From a virus, in the IMG/VR virus record IMGVR_UViG_3300045988_118522, positions 1 through 37,698 of that record: a stretch of 37,698 nucleotides of DNA; one strand, 5' to 3'. The translations under genes and the position numbers were made by a program. Every line of letters starts with the position of its first letter. Position 1 is the stretch's first letter. Below, piece by piece: positions 30,049-37,698 of this stretch. The notes beneath the pieces are model-generated. The model worked only from the letters and a program-made list of their open reading frames with translations. It was not told where the DNA came from and did not search any database.

Positions 30049-32949
30049 TTATTCCGTTGTTTCGTTGGTTACTGATTCCGTTGCCTTCGCTTCAAGTGCT
30101 CCGACCTTGCCAGCCAGCTCGTTGATTGCTGAAACGAGGTCAGTCTTGCTTGCGGTGTTCAGGCTCGACAATGTGCCGATGTTCGTCTTGTTTGCCTTGA
30201 TCGTGTTGTAGGCATCGATAGGATAGACAATATCAGCACGCAGAGGAGTTGATGTCTTGCCTTCGGTGATTATCGCCTCCTCCGTTCCGCCTTCCGAAAC
30301 CTGTTCAGTGAGGTTCAGTTCGTCGTAGGCGAATTCTTCGCTTTCTTCTACCTCATAACATATCTCAATAGGGTTGTTCCCAAGCCATGTCCTAAGCTCT
30401 TGAACGTTAGCCGCTGTGCTCGCTTTGAGTCTAAAGTAACATACTTTAAATTTATTAGGGAAATACCCTTCAGAAGTAGTCTCTGATATAAGTGTAGTTT
30501 GTTTATTAAATTTGTCGCATATAAACCCCATGTTGTCACTTATGCCAGACAAATTAGGAAGGGATACATAGAAGTTGTTAATACCATAACTGTTTGTACT
30601 TTGAAAGCGCCAATCTTCAGTCGCTGCGCCCGTTAGGCGCATATGTCTAAGACGCCTCACCGCCTGCGTTGGCGTAATCTCGTCATATACTAAACCTGCA
30701 GACTTCAGTCCGTCAGGGAAGTATTTCTTCAGCGTCTCGCTCCACTTCCTCTCGGAGACCTTTCCCTCAGTGTCGGTTGTCTTGATTCCCTCCGCGAATG
30801 ACGACACGATTTCCCCCTCGTTGTAAGGAATGTAAGGCACATCGTCAATGCTTGAATAGCCGAGTCGCTTTGCGAAGTCGTCGGGTGTCGTTGGCTCGTT
30901 GCCGGAGCCGAACATCTGCGTGAGGTCGATTATTTGCACTTTTTCCAAAGAAATTATGCAATCGTTACAAGAAATATAGACTTTACTATTGTCTCCCCCT
31001 TTTGCGTGAGCTATCCCCGAGACTAAAATTGTGTCACCAAATGGCGCTTCGAAGCCTATCCTGTTCCCAAAAAAAGTTAGTGTTGGTTGAGATGGTTCAA
31101 ATTCCCCAACATCTAATCTCTTCGATATTCTCGTATATAATATTCTGTAATAATAAACATTTGTGTTCGCTTTTCGATTGCTTAGCGATACCCAGCCAGA
31201 ACTCCAATTGACAGACCCCGGAGAGCCGGGATTTTGAGTCGGCGTGTATGTGATTTTATCGCCTTCAACAACTTTATCAATTGTCTCGTCCTTAAAGTTG
31301 TAATTTTTATCAAAAATCTGATTCTTCACCACGCTGTACCCCTTTATCCTCTTGATGCTCGCGCTTCCGTCCTCTATCTGATTGTCTCCTCCTGCCCTGC
31401 GCGACATGATGACCTCCTCCGTAGCATCACCCTTTGACGTGAGGTTGTCAGCCGTGCCGACACGCATTGACTCGTAGTATCCGTCCGCGAATGACTTGAG
31501 GTCCACCTTCTTCCGCAGGTTGTTGATTTGGGTGGCGATTGAAGCCTTCGTTCCGTAGCGGCGCACAAGCAGCGTCGCAGCCTCCGGCACGTCGGCACGA
31601 TAGCAGACAAGCACATCCGAGTATGCCTCCATTGCCTCAAAGCAGACATATCCGCTCGTAGGAATGTCAGTGCTCATTGCCGAGAACAGCGGCACGTATT
31701 CAATCCTTTCCGTGCCGGATGTCGTCGTGGTCTTGATTCGTGCGACGAAGAGAGCCACGCCCAGCTTCATCTTGTCGGCGCTTGACATATACAGCTCGTA
31801 GGTGTTGCCTACCACCACCGCACCTATAGCAGCGATATTGAAGTCCGCATCTTTCACGAACTCCCCGTCAGCATTGATGTACTTGCCTGCGGTCTCCGCC
31901 GTCATTGCCACTGACGGAAGTTCCGCATACTGGCCGAGGTCGCGCTCAAGCGCCGCGACGCCGGAGGACACTTCTTTAGCCTCCTCTGCTGCATCTGTGG
32001 CGTTCTTTGTTGCAGTCTCTGATTCAGTCTTTAGGCGAGCGAACTCTGCCACACGTGCTGATTCGGCGGCTACTCTTCTTTTTTCCGCTTCCGCGCGGCC
32101 AGCCTCTGCCGATGTCCTTGCGCTCTCGTTCTTCTTCCGCTGCTCCTCGTTTGCAGCTCTGGTCGCTTCGGCATTGGCTCTTGCGCTTTCCGTCTTCACC
32201 CTTGCAGATTCCGCATTGACACGCCCAGTTTCGGCGGTCACACGAGACTGCTCGCCGGCGGCTCTCTGTGTCTCTGCTTCCGCCCTTTTGGCTTCTGAAC
32301 TGGCGCGGTTGCCCTCTGCTGAGGCTCTTGCCGCCTCGGCAGAGGAACGTGCCAGTTCAGCCTCTTTTCGTGCGTTTTCGGCATTGACTCGCTGTTCCTC
32401 TGCCTTTGCGATGCCAGTGTTCGTCGCTCCTGCCGCCTGTGCTGCCGCATTGGCCTTTTCCGCAGCATCTTTGGCTGCTTTTGCTTTCGCATCCGCATTG
32501 CCGGCTGACTTGTTAGCTGCCGCTGCCGCATCGGTGGCCGCTTTCGTTGCAGCCTCAATCTTGGCGATCGCTTCTGACAATGAATAGAAGCGCATTGTGC
32601 CGTCAATGTCCAGAACGACCGCGCCAGTATCCGCGTCAGCCTCTTCCGTCGTGCGCACTATCTCAAACGCGGGCACGTCCAGCGACGATGCGAATGATGT
32701 CCCGTCCGCAAACTCGATGATGAGGCGAAAGGCACCGATATAATTCTGGTCTTTCGCCGCGTAGGTGCAGCGCAGGCTCTTGCCCTCAGACCTGAAGGCC
32801 ATTTCCGCAACCGGCTGGCCCTGGACGTCGGAGAAGGCGAACACGTGCCTTATGTCCGTGTCGCTCCATGTCACCGGATTTCCGGAAATGTTGACGGATA
32901 GCATCGTGATGATGTCCGTGCCGATTCTGATTTTCCTAAGATTTCCCAT
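30049..32949 (-). CDS. Tail fibre / receptor-binding protein with a long Ala-rich coiled-coil shaft
   Basis: Start at MGNLRKIRIG (32949), 966 aa, last structural gene before the lysis cassette. Confidence 0.75.
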   Translation of the reverse strand: MGNLRKIRIGTDIITMLSVNISGNPVTWSDTDIRHVFAFSDVQGQPVAEMAFRSEGKSLRCTYAAKDQNYIGAFRLIIEFADGTSFASSLDVPAFEIVRTTEEADADTGAVVLDIDGTMRFYSLSEAIAKIEAATKAATDAAAAANKSAGNADAKAKAAKDAAEKANAAAQAAGATNTGIAKAEEQRVNAENARKEAELARSSAEAARASAEGNRASSEAKRAEAETQRAAGEQSRVTAETGRVNAESARVKTESARANAEATRAANEEQRKKNESARTSAEAGRAEAEKRRVAAESARVAEFARLKTESETATKNATDAAEEAKEVSSGVAALERDLGQYAELPSVAMTAETAGKYINADGEFVKDADFNIAAIGAVVVGNTYELYMSSADKMKLGVALFVARIKTTTTSGTERIEYVPLFSAMSTDIPTSGYVCFEAMEAYSDVLVCYRADVPEAATLLVRRYGTKASIATQINNLRKKVDLKSFADGYYESMRVGTADNLTSKGDATEEVIMSRRAGGDNQIEDGSASIKRIKGYSVVKNQIFDKNYNFKDETIDKVVEGDKITYTPTQNPGSPGSVNWSSGWVSLSNRKANTNVYYYRILYTRISKRLDVGEFEPSQPTLTFFGNRIGFEAPFGDTILVSGIAHAKGGDNSKVYISCNDCIISLEKVQIIDLTQMFGSGNEPTTPDDFAKRLGYSSIDDVPYIPYNEGEIVSSFAEGIKTTDTEGKVSERKWSETLKKYFPDGLKSAGLVYDEITPTQAVRRLRHMRLTGAATEDWRFQSTNSYGINNFYVSLPNLSGISDNMGFICDKFNKQTTLISETTSEGYFPNKFKVCYFRLKASTAANVQELRTWLGNNPIEICYEVEESEEFAYDELNLTEQVSEGGTEEAIITEGKTSTPLRADIVYPIDAYNTIKANKTNIGTLSSLNTASKTDLVSAINELAGKVGALEAKATESVTNETTE
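32014..32406 (-). repeat. About 19 consecutive heptads of the form x-A-E-x-x-R-x within the tail fibre gene
   Basis: KAEEQRV NAENARK EAELARS SAEAARA SAEGNRA ... AAESARV, read from the translation. Confidence 0.75.
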
Positions 32950-32960
32950 ATTTCTATATT

Positions 32961-35018
32961 TTAATTCTCTTGAGATTGAGCATCCCACAAGTCCTCATAA
33001 AACTGATACTGCCTCAGCCTTGCGCCTGTCATGATTCCTGAGACGAAGTCGTAAACGCCGCTCTGCAGAAGGAAAAATGTCCCCTTGTATATGATCGCGC
33101 GGTTGAAGTCCCAGGACTTCCTGCTTTCAGGCATGCAGTCACCCTCCAGCAGCTGCATAGGGAGGTGATGGTACATTAAGATCTGACGATGACGGAGGAG
33201 CGGCAAAGGCTCGCCGGCAGAGCCGTCATCCCAGGACATATTGTAGCCTACAGGGACCACAAGCCTGTCTTCATTCTCGTAATAGATAGCATTCGAATAG
33301 TTCTGAGGTGTATGCCATTCAACATTGCGGCTCAGAGCGCCGACGGAGCTCTCGATGTTGTCCGTGACATTGTAGCTCTCATCATTGATAGTTGTAACGA
33401 CGTCAGAGTCAAGTTTGGCATTCGGGTTCGATGCTTCGAGGGTTATGCCCTTGAGGCCAAGATAAACTCCTAAATAGTTGCTGTATTTTATCTCTGGTTG
33501 TTTGACGAATACGATGTCGTCAAAGAGCAATGACAATTCGCCGCCTTTCGGAATAGAGGATAAATTGTCGGGAAGCGAAAAGTCCACTTCTATGCTATCA
33601 GTCACAGCGACACTATTATATATTGTTTGTCCGCTAGGCAATGTACTGTATTTAAGAATTGCGATACTGCTTCCCCATTTTGAGCCATCCCAATAGTACG
33701 ATGTGCTGCCGACCTGGTACTTTAGAGCATAGTCGATTGACTTCAGAAAAGCGGGTAAAGGCCTGCAATCTATCGTCATTGTGCCTTTGATAATGTGAAG
33801 CGCCCACCGGCAAATGTCAAGCGTAAGTTTGCCGGCAGGGATGTTGACAATTCCTATCTTATAAATCTGCGTGATTTTAGTGTCGCTATTAGCGCACAAG
33901 AAGGCTGTATTTTTATTTGTTATGCCTAAGATTGACTCCGCGTCTGAACCAATTTTATATTCAGATGCGTCGTGAAATCCGGATGATATTTGCCAGCCTT
34001 CGCCGGAATTTTCGACGACGGTATATTTCGGCATAGAGCCTTTTTCCTGTAGCAGATCAGCGCCGGCGCTCGCATTGTCGAACCACCTCATCGAATGCAA
34101 AGTGTAATTATACGTGTCTATTGTGCTATCGAAATCAAGCCCTTTTGTTACATCATAAGCTATCTCGGAGTTGTAATCAAACTTGATAGTGTCTATGATC
34201 TTCTTGTATGCAGGCGCTAACGTCCTTGTGCCTCCGCCGATAAACTTGACCGTCTGATATGCAAGAGCCGCCACCCCCTGATTGTCAAGAAGCGGAAGGT
34301 AGCGCAGATATGTGAGCACAAACTTGCCGTCGCCTACGAAGCGAAGGCAGAGCCCCAGGGATGTCAGAATATCCTCGAGAGCGTCGTACCAAGACTTGCC
34401 TTCGAAGGCGCTCACGTTGAAGCGGAATGACGACAACGGAGCTTCGTCATAGACGATTGCCTTGTAATCAGAATTGCTCATTGTTGTAAGCCTCGAGTCC
34501 AGCGTCATTGGAAAGTCTATCTTTGCCATTGCCGCGTTGACTATTTCCATGAGCGTTGCCGTGCCCGACTGGCTTGCCGGCATGTCAAAATCGAAGTCCT
34601 GAAGGTGCCCGATATTGTCGCGTGCGGTGATTGTTATTTTTCCTCGATATTCGAGCGACTCCTGCCAGTTGTCCGGTGTGACATATCCGCTCCAGAACAC
34701 CTTGCCGTTGCGCGAAATGACCACCTTGTACATCGTGCTGTCAGGGGTGTAGAATTCCTGCCAATTCCCGAACTTATAGAAGAACGAATCTTTCATGTCT
34801 GAAGCGTCAACCATCGAGAAGGTCGCTATCGTTTTCTGGATAGGAGAGACAGGATCATCGTCCCCGTCAATTTCAAGCGTCAGCCCTTTCCAGGTCCCTA
34901 TCTCTTGAGGCGTAGCTCTCAGATAGCCTTTCTGATAAATTTCAAGCTTAAAACTTTCGCCGCCTGCTTCCTGCATGCTGCGAAAATTCTTGTAATATTT
35001 GAGTCCGTAAAGAGCCAT
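32961..35018 (-). CDS. Tail tip / baseplate protein (Dit/Tal-like by position)
   Basis: 685 aa, immediately downstream of the tape measure gene. Confidence 0.6.
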   Translation of the reverse strand: MALYGLKYYKNFRSMQEAGGESFKLEIYQKGYLRATPQEIGTWKGLTLEIDGDDDPVSPIQKTIATFSMVDASDMKDSFFYKFGNWQEFYTPDSTMYKVVISRNGKVFWSGYVTPDNWQESLEYRGKITITARDNIGHLQDFDFDMPASQSGTATLMEIVNAAMAKIDFPMTLDSRLTTMSNSDYKAIVYDEAPLSSFRFNVSAFEGKSWYDALEDILTSLGLCLRFVGDGKFVLTYLRYLPLLDNQGVAALAYQTVKFIGGGTRTLAPAYKKIIDTIKFDYNSEIAYDVTKGLDFDSTIDTYNYTLHSMRWFDNASAGADLLQEKGSMPKYTVVENSGEGWQISSGFHDASEYKIGSDAESILGITNKNTAFLCANSDTKITQIYKIGIVNIPAGKLTLDICRWALHIIKGTMTIDCRPLPAFLKSIDYALKYQVGSTSYYWDGSKWGSSIAILKYSTLPSGQTIYNSVAVTDSIEVDFSLPDNLSSIPKGGELSLLFDDIVFVKQPEIKYSNYLGVYLGLKGITLEASNPNAKLDSDVVTTINDESYNVTDNIESSVGALSRNVEWHTPQNYSNAIYYENEDRLVVPVGYNMSWDDGSAGEPLPLLRHRQILMYHHLPMQLLEGDCMPESRKSWDFNRAIIYKGTFFLLQSGVYDFVSGIMTGARLRQYQFYEDLWDAQSQEN

Positions 35019-35023
35019 TTTTT

Positions 35024-37252
35024 CTACCTTCCGTAATATTTCTTTGCGTTGTCTCCGGAAATGAGAATGTCCTTTCCGGAGATTTTTCCTTTCACGTAAA
35101 TCGTCATCTCCGTCGATATTGTCGTGTCGGAGTTGGCGTTTGATGTTGCGCTGCTTCCGCTAGACATCGCGCTTGAACCGCCCGAGGAGCCAAGGGCCTT
35201 GATTCCGCTAGACAGAGCAGCACCGAGTGCTACGAGTGCGACACCGGCGGCTATTGCAACGGGACCATCCAGCGACGCCATTGATTCCTTGAAGGCTTCA
35301 ATGCCCGATCCCTCTAAAATGAGCATTTCCCCGAGCTGCGTTAACGTGTTCGCAAACGGCTGCAGGAGCGCCCCAAGAACGTCTGAGGCGTCCGCATCGC
35401 TCAGTCCGAAAAGCATATCCGTAAACGCCTGCATGCTGTCAGATATACTGCTAGTGATAGCTTTTGCTAGCATGTTATTCAACTCGTCCGCCTTCTGGAT
35501 TCGCTCTTCCAAACTCTCCATTGCCGTGTCAGCCGCATCTTGTGCGATATCCATCGACTCCTGCTCCGATATCGCGTAATTATACGCAGCGAGAGCCGCC
35601 TGCGCGTATGATTCCTGAGCGAGTTCTGCGAATGTCCGCTGTTTGTCGTTCATTCTGTCGAGCACATCCGCGTGTGTCCGCTCGAATTCCTCCAGCGGAT
35701 CCGCCATGTGATGAAACTCCTCGTCAGCGGCTATCACTTCCGCTTCTTCTGCGACCTGAGCGCGAAAATCTGACATCGCGTCCTGCACCTTGTCATTGGA
35801 GAGCGCCTTCTTGAACGCCTCGAGAAGCGCATCCGCAGTCTCTGTGCCGCCATCCCCTGCAGTGTTGACGGCATCTGTGACAGCATCGTTTGCAATCTGG
35901 TCGGCAACGGCGGCATACGCTGCCTTCATTCCTTCCAGCTGTTCCTGCGCGTCCTTCAGCTTCCTTTTTGCAGCCCTCGCCGCGGCGGTCGGCGTCGATT
36001 CGAACGGGCTGACCGTCTCCTGGCTGAGAGCTTGCAGCTCTGCAACCTTGTCCTGCTTCGCTTTCAGCTGATTCTGCATGTAAGTCTCGGCCTCTTCTTT
36101 GCCTCCGCCCTTGTAGACGTTTGTAGCCGCATCGGCATACGTCTTCTGATAATTCTGCACGCGAGTGCCACGGAAAAGCCCAGCCGCCTTCTCTAGTGTC
36201 CTTGTCAATATGTCCAGAACGCTCTTGATGACGCCCTTGCTGTTCTTCATGCCTAATATAAGCCCTTCCCATGCAGACTTCAGCAGGGACACAGAGCCGC
36301 TGATGTTGTCTATCTGCGCCTGTGCCTTCGCATCCACGGCGCCATTCACATCGTCAAGCGCGGAGCGCAGCTCCCTCGCTGATGCAGTGCCGTCTATCAA
36401 TGTGTTGAACGCTGAAACGGCCCTCTTGTCCGTCAGCTCCAGGGCCTCGCCCACCGATATTCCCTGCGACTTCAGTTTGTCCAGTCCGTCCAGAAGGTCT
36501 GGAAGCGTCTTGACCGGCTTGCCTATCGCCTTCGACAGGTTGCTGGAGCTGTCCGCGAGGTAGAGGAATATGTTTCGCAGGGCGGTGGCCGCGCTGGATG
36601 CGTCGAAGCCGGAGTTCGCCAGTACGCCGAGCAGCGTGGACGTGTCGCGGAGCGAGAAGCCCAGGGACTTCGCCACAGGGCCGACGATTGGCATGGCTGT
36701 ACTAAGTGCCGAGAACCCGAGCGCGGACTTGTCTGCGGCCACTGCCAGGACATTCAGCGCGTCCTCCGCGTCGCTGGCCTTCAGCCCGAACGTGCGCAGC
36801 GTCGCACCGGTGAATGACGCCGCCTCCGAGAGGTCGACGCCCAGGGCTGTGGCAAAATTGAGGACAGCCTTCTGCATCGACATTATCTGCCCCTCGCCGA
36901 AGCCGAGCTTAGCAAGCTCCGTCTGCAGGCCTGTCACCTGGGTGGCGGAGAACGCCGTGGAGCGTCCGAGCATCTCCGCAGAATCCGACAGAGCCTTTAT
37001 TTCAGCGACAGTCTTGCCGAGGACTCCTGCAAGCACTGAGTTGGCTTTCTCAAAGTCCGCAATGATTGCGACTCCTTTTGAGAACGCCTTTATCGCCGCA
37101 GTCGCAGCCGCTATCCCTGCCGTGACCTTCAGCCAGTTTTTCTTCACCCATTCGCTGAAGCTGGCGGTGTCCTGCCTTGCCTGTTCGAGTCCCTTCTTGT
37201 ATTCGTCAGCCTTGAGTTTCAACTTCACCCAGAGGTCGCCTATCTTTCCCAT
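35024..37252 (-). CDS. Tail tape measure protein (TP901-family core)
   Basis: 742 aa, Ala/Leu/Ser-rich helical protein with a TP901-type core (AFSATQVTGLQTELAKLGF...ALRNIFLYL). Confidence 0.9.
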   Translation of the reverse strand: MGKIGDLWVKLKLKADEYKKGLEQARQDTASFSEWVKKNWLKVTAGIAAATAAIKAFSKGVAIIADFEKANSVLAGVLGKTVAEIKALSDSAEMLGRSTAFSATQVTGLQTELAKLGFGEGQIMSMQKAVLNFATALGVDLSEAASFTGATLRTFGLKASDAEDALNVLAVAADKSALGFSALSTAMPIVGPVAKSLGFSLRDTSTLLGVLANSGFDASSAATALRNIFLYLADSSSNLSKAIGKPVKTLPDLLDGLDKLKSQGISVGEALELTDKRAVSAFNTLIDGTASARELRSALDDVNGAVDAKAQAQIDNISGSVSLLKSAWEGLILGMKNSKGVIKSVLDILTRTLEKAAGLFRGTRVQNYQKTYADAATNVYKGGGKEEAETYMQNQLKAKQDKVAELQALSQETVSPFESTPTAAARAAKRKLKDAQEQLEGMKAAYAAVADQIANDAVTDAVNTAGDGGTETADALLEAFKKALSNDKVQDAMSDFRAQVAEEAEVIAADEEFHHMADPLEEFERTHADVLDRMNDKQRTFAELAQESYAQAALAAYNYAISEQESMDIAQDAADTAMESLEERIQKADELNNMLAKAITSSISDSMQAFTDMLFGLSDADASDVLGALLQPFANTLTQLGEMLILEGSGIEAFKESMASLDGPVAIAAGVALVALGAALSSGIKALGSSGGSSAMSSGSSATSNANSDTTISTEMTIYVKGKISGKDILISGDNAKKYYGR

Positions 37253-37253
37253 C

Positions 37254-37610
37254 TTATCTTGAATTTATAAAATCTTCGAGCATCTTGTTCAGTTCCTTGC
37301 TTTCGTCAGCCGTGACGCTCCAATCTCCGTCCTTTGCCCTTGCGGCCTCCGCTTCCTTCTCCCAGCCGAAAGGCACCCAGAGCGCGGGTGTCGAAGGCTT
37401 CTGTTTCACGTAAGGATTCATCCTCATAGAGAGGAACATCTGCCATCTCGCCCTCTCCCATCGCCTCCGTTCCTCGTTTTCCGCAGCCTCCCTGAGCAGG
37501 AGGAATTCCCTCATCGTTGTCCTTCCGGCTTCTTCTTCCGTCTTCCGGCAATGCCCGACCAGAAACGCCTCAATGCCGTCGTAATCGAGCCAAAGCGAAA
37601 TTTTTTTTTT
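37254..37610 (-). CDS. gpT-like -1 frame extension of the tail chaperone (expressed as a G-T fusion by frameshifting)
   Basis: The -1 frame is open from the A10 tract to the stop at 37254 (...ISLWLDYDGIEAFLVGHCRKTEEEAGRTTMREFLLL...). The stop lies 1 nt before the tape measure ATG. Confidence 0.65.
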   Translation of the reverse strand, partial: KKKISLWLDYDGIEAFLVGHCRKTEEEAGRTTMREFLLLREAAENEERRRWERARWQMFLSMRMNPYVKQKPSTPALWVPFGWEKEAEAARAKDGDWSVTADESKELNKMLEDFINSR

Positions 37611-37698
37611 GATTCCTTCTTCTCTTTCTCGGCTTCCGCGAGCTCGACCAGGCTCTTGCCTGAAAGCAGCTTGATTGCCTTTGCGACTATGCGCCCGA
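37511..37698 (-). CDS. C-terminal part of the gpG-like chaperone (continuation of 1..361 across the junction)
   Basis: The zero frame continues ...KKKFRFGSITTALRRFWSGIAGRRKKKPEGQR* and stops with TGA at 37511..37513. Confidence 0.7.
   Translation of the reverse strand, partial: GRIVAKAIKLLSGKSLVELAEAEKEKKESKKKFRFGSITTALRRFWSGIAGRRKKKPEGQR
37600..37698. repeat. Terminal direct overlap, copy 2
   Basis: Identical to 1..99. Confidence 0.95.

Larger units (their letters stand above)
1..37599. mobile_element. Complete, circularly closed temperate siphovirus-like phage genome (unit length about 37.6 kb)
   Basis: The 99-nt terminal overlap closes the circle. Integrase, CI-like repressor, HK97-type head/tail, lysis and recombination modules are all present. 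Confidence 0.85.

Noticed and set aside
31802-32587. 261-aa plus-strand ORF rich in Ala and Ser.
   Set aside because: It is the antisense shadow of the Ala-rich heptad repeat region of the tail fibre gene.
36570-37262. 230-aa plus-strand ORF, with similar plus-strand ORFs at 35124..35579, 35464..35814 and 36165..36563.
   Set aside because: These are antisense to the tape measure gene, which has strong family motifs. Low-complexity composition keeps the antisense frames open.
1-37698. CRISPR arrays, rRNA genes, IS elements or transposases, and a diversity-generating retroelement.
   Set aside because: I saw no regularly spaced repeat-spacer pattern, no rRNA-like sequence, and no transposase or reverse transcriptase ORF. 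The only repeats are those listed above.

Overview
This window is a circularly closed contig: positions 1..99 are identical to 37600..37698, giving a unit length of about 37.6 kb. It is a complete temperate, HK97-like siphovirus genome, with almost all genes on the minus strand.

Gene order reading the minus strand from the immunity switch near 21.9 kb:
- Early genes: a small membrane protein, two tRNA-like genes, and small DNA-binding proteins.
- Recombination and replication: ERF, Gp157-like protein, organizer-like protein and SSB.
- A run of small paralogous unknowns, then a disrupted methyltransferase-like gene, HNH, VRR-NUC and a ParB-fused DNA methyltransferase.
- Packaging and head: TerS/TerL, portal, MuF-like protein, prohead protease and HK97-type capsid.
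- Connectors, major tail protein, and a G/G-T chaperone pair that spans the contig junction.
- Tape measure, tail-tip protein and tail fibre.
- Lysis: holin, M15 endolysin and a candidate unimolecular spanin.
- An accessory cluster of unknowns, then the integrase.

The plus strand carries two units. One is the CI-like repressor followed by three moron-type genes (22014..23877). The other is a two-gene island inserted antisense between terL and portal (6890..7475).

The host is probably Bacteroidota. This rests on TAnnTTTG -7 boxes, mostly A-rich starts without a Shine-Dalgarno (SD) sequence, a Bacteroides-type integrase N-terminus and a DUF5053-like protein. It is an inference only.

The observations most worth follow-up are:
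- Two tRNA-like genes with elongated, non-canonical anticodon arms.
- A methyltransferase-like gene broken into an A/B/A frame pattern, with both junctions at poly-G tracts.
- A -1 frameshift at an A10 tract in the tail chaperone.
- A mirrored paralog module whose Glu-Glu-stop ends encode GGAGGA in front of the next start codon.
- A candidate origin of replication inside the organizer-like gene.
- The immunity-switch architecture.

All functional calls come from reading motifs by eye; no database search was run.
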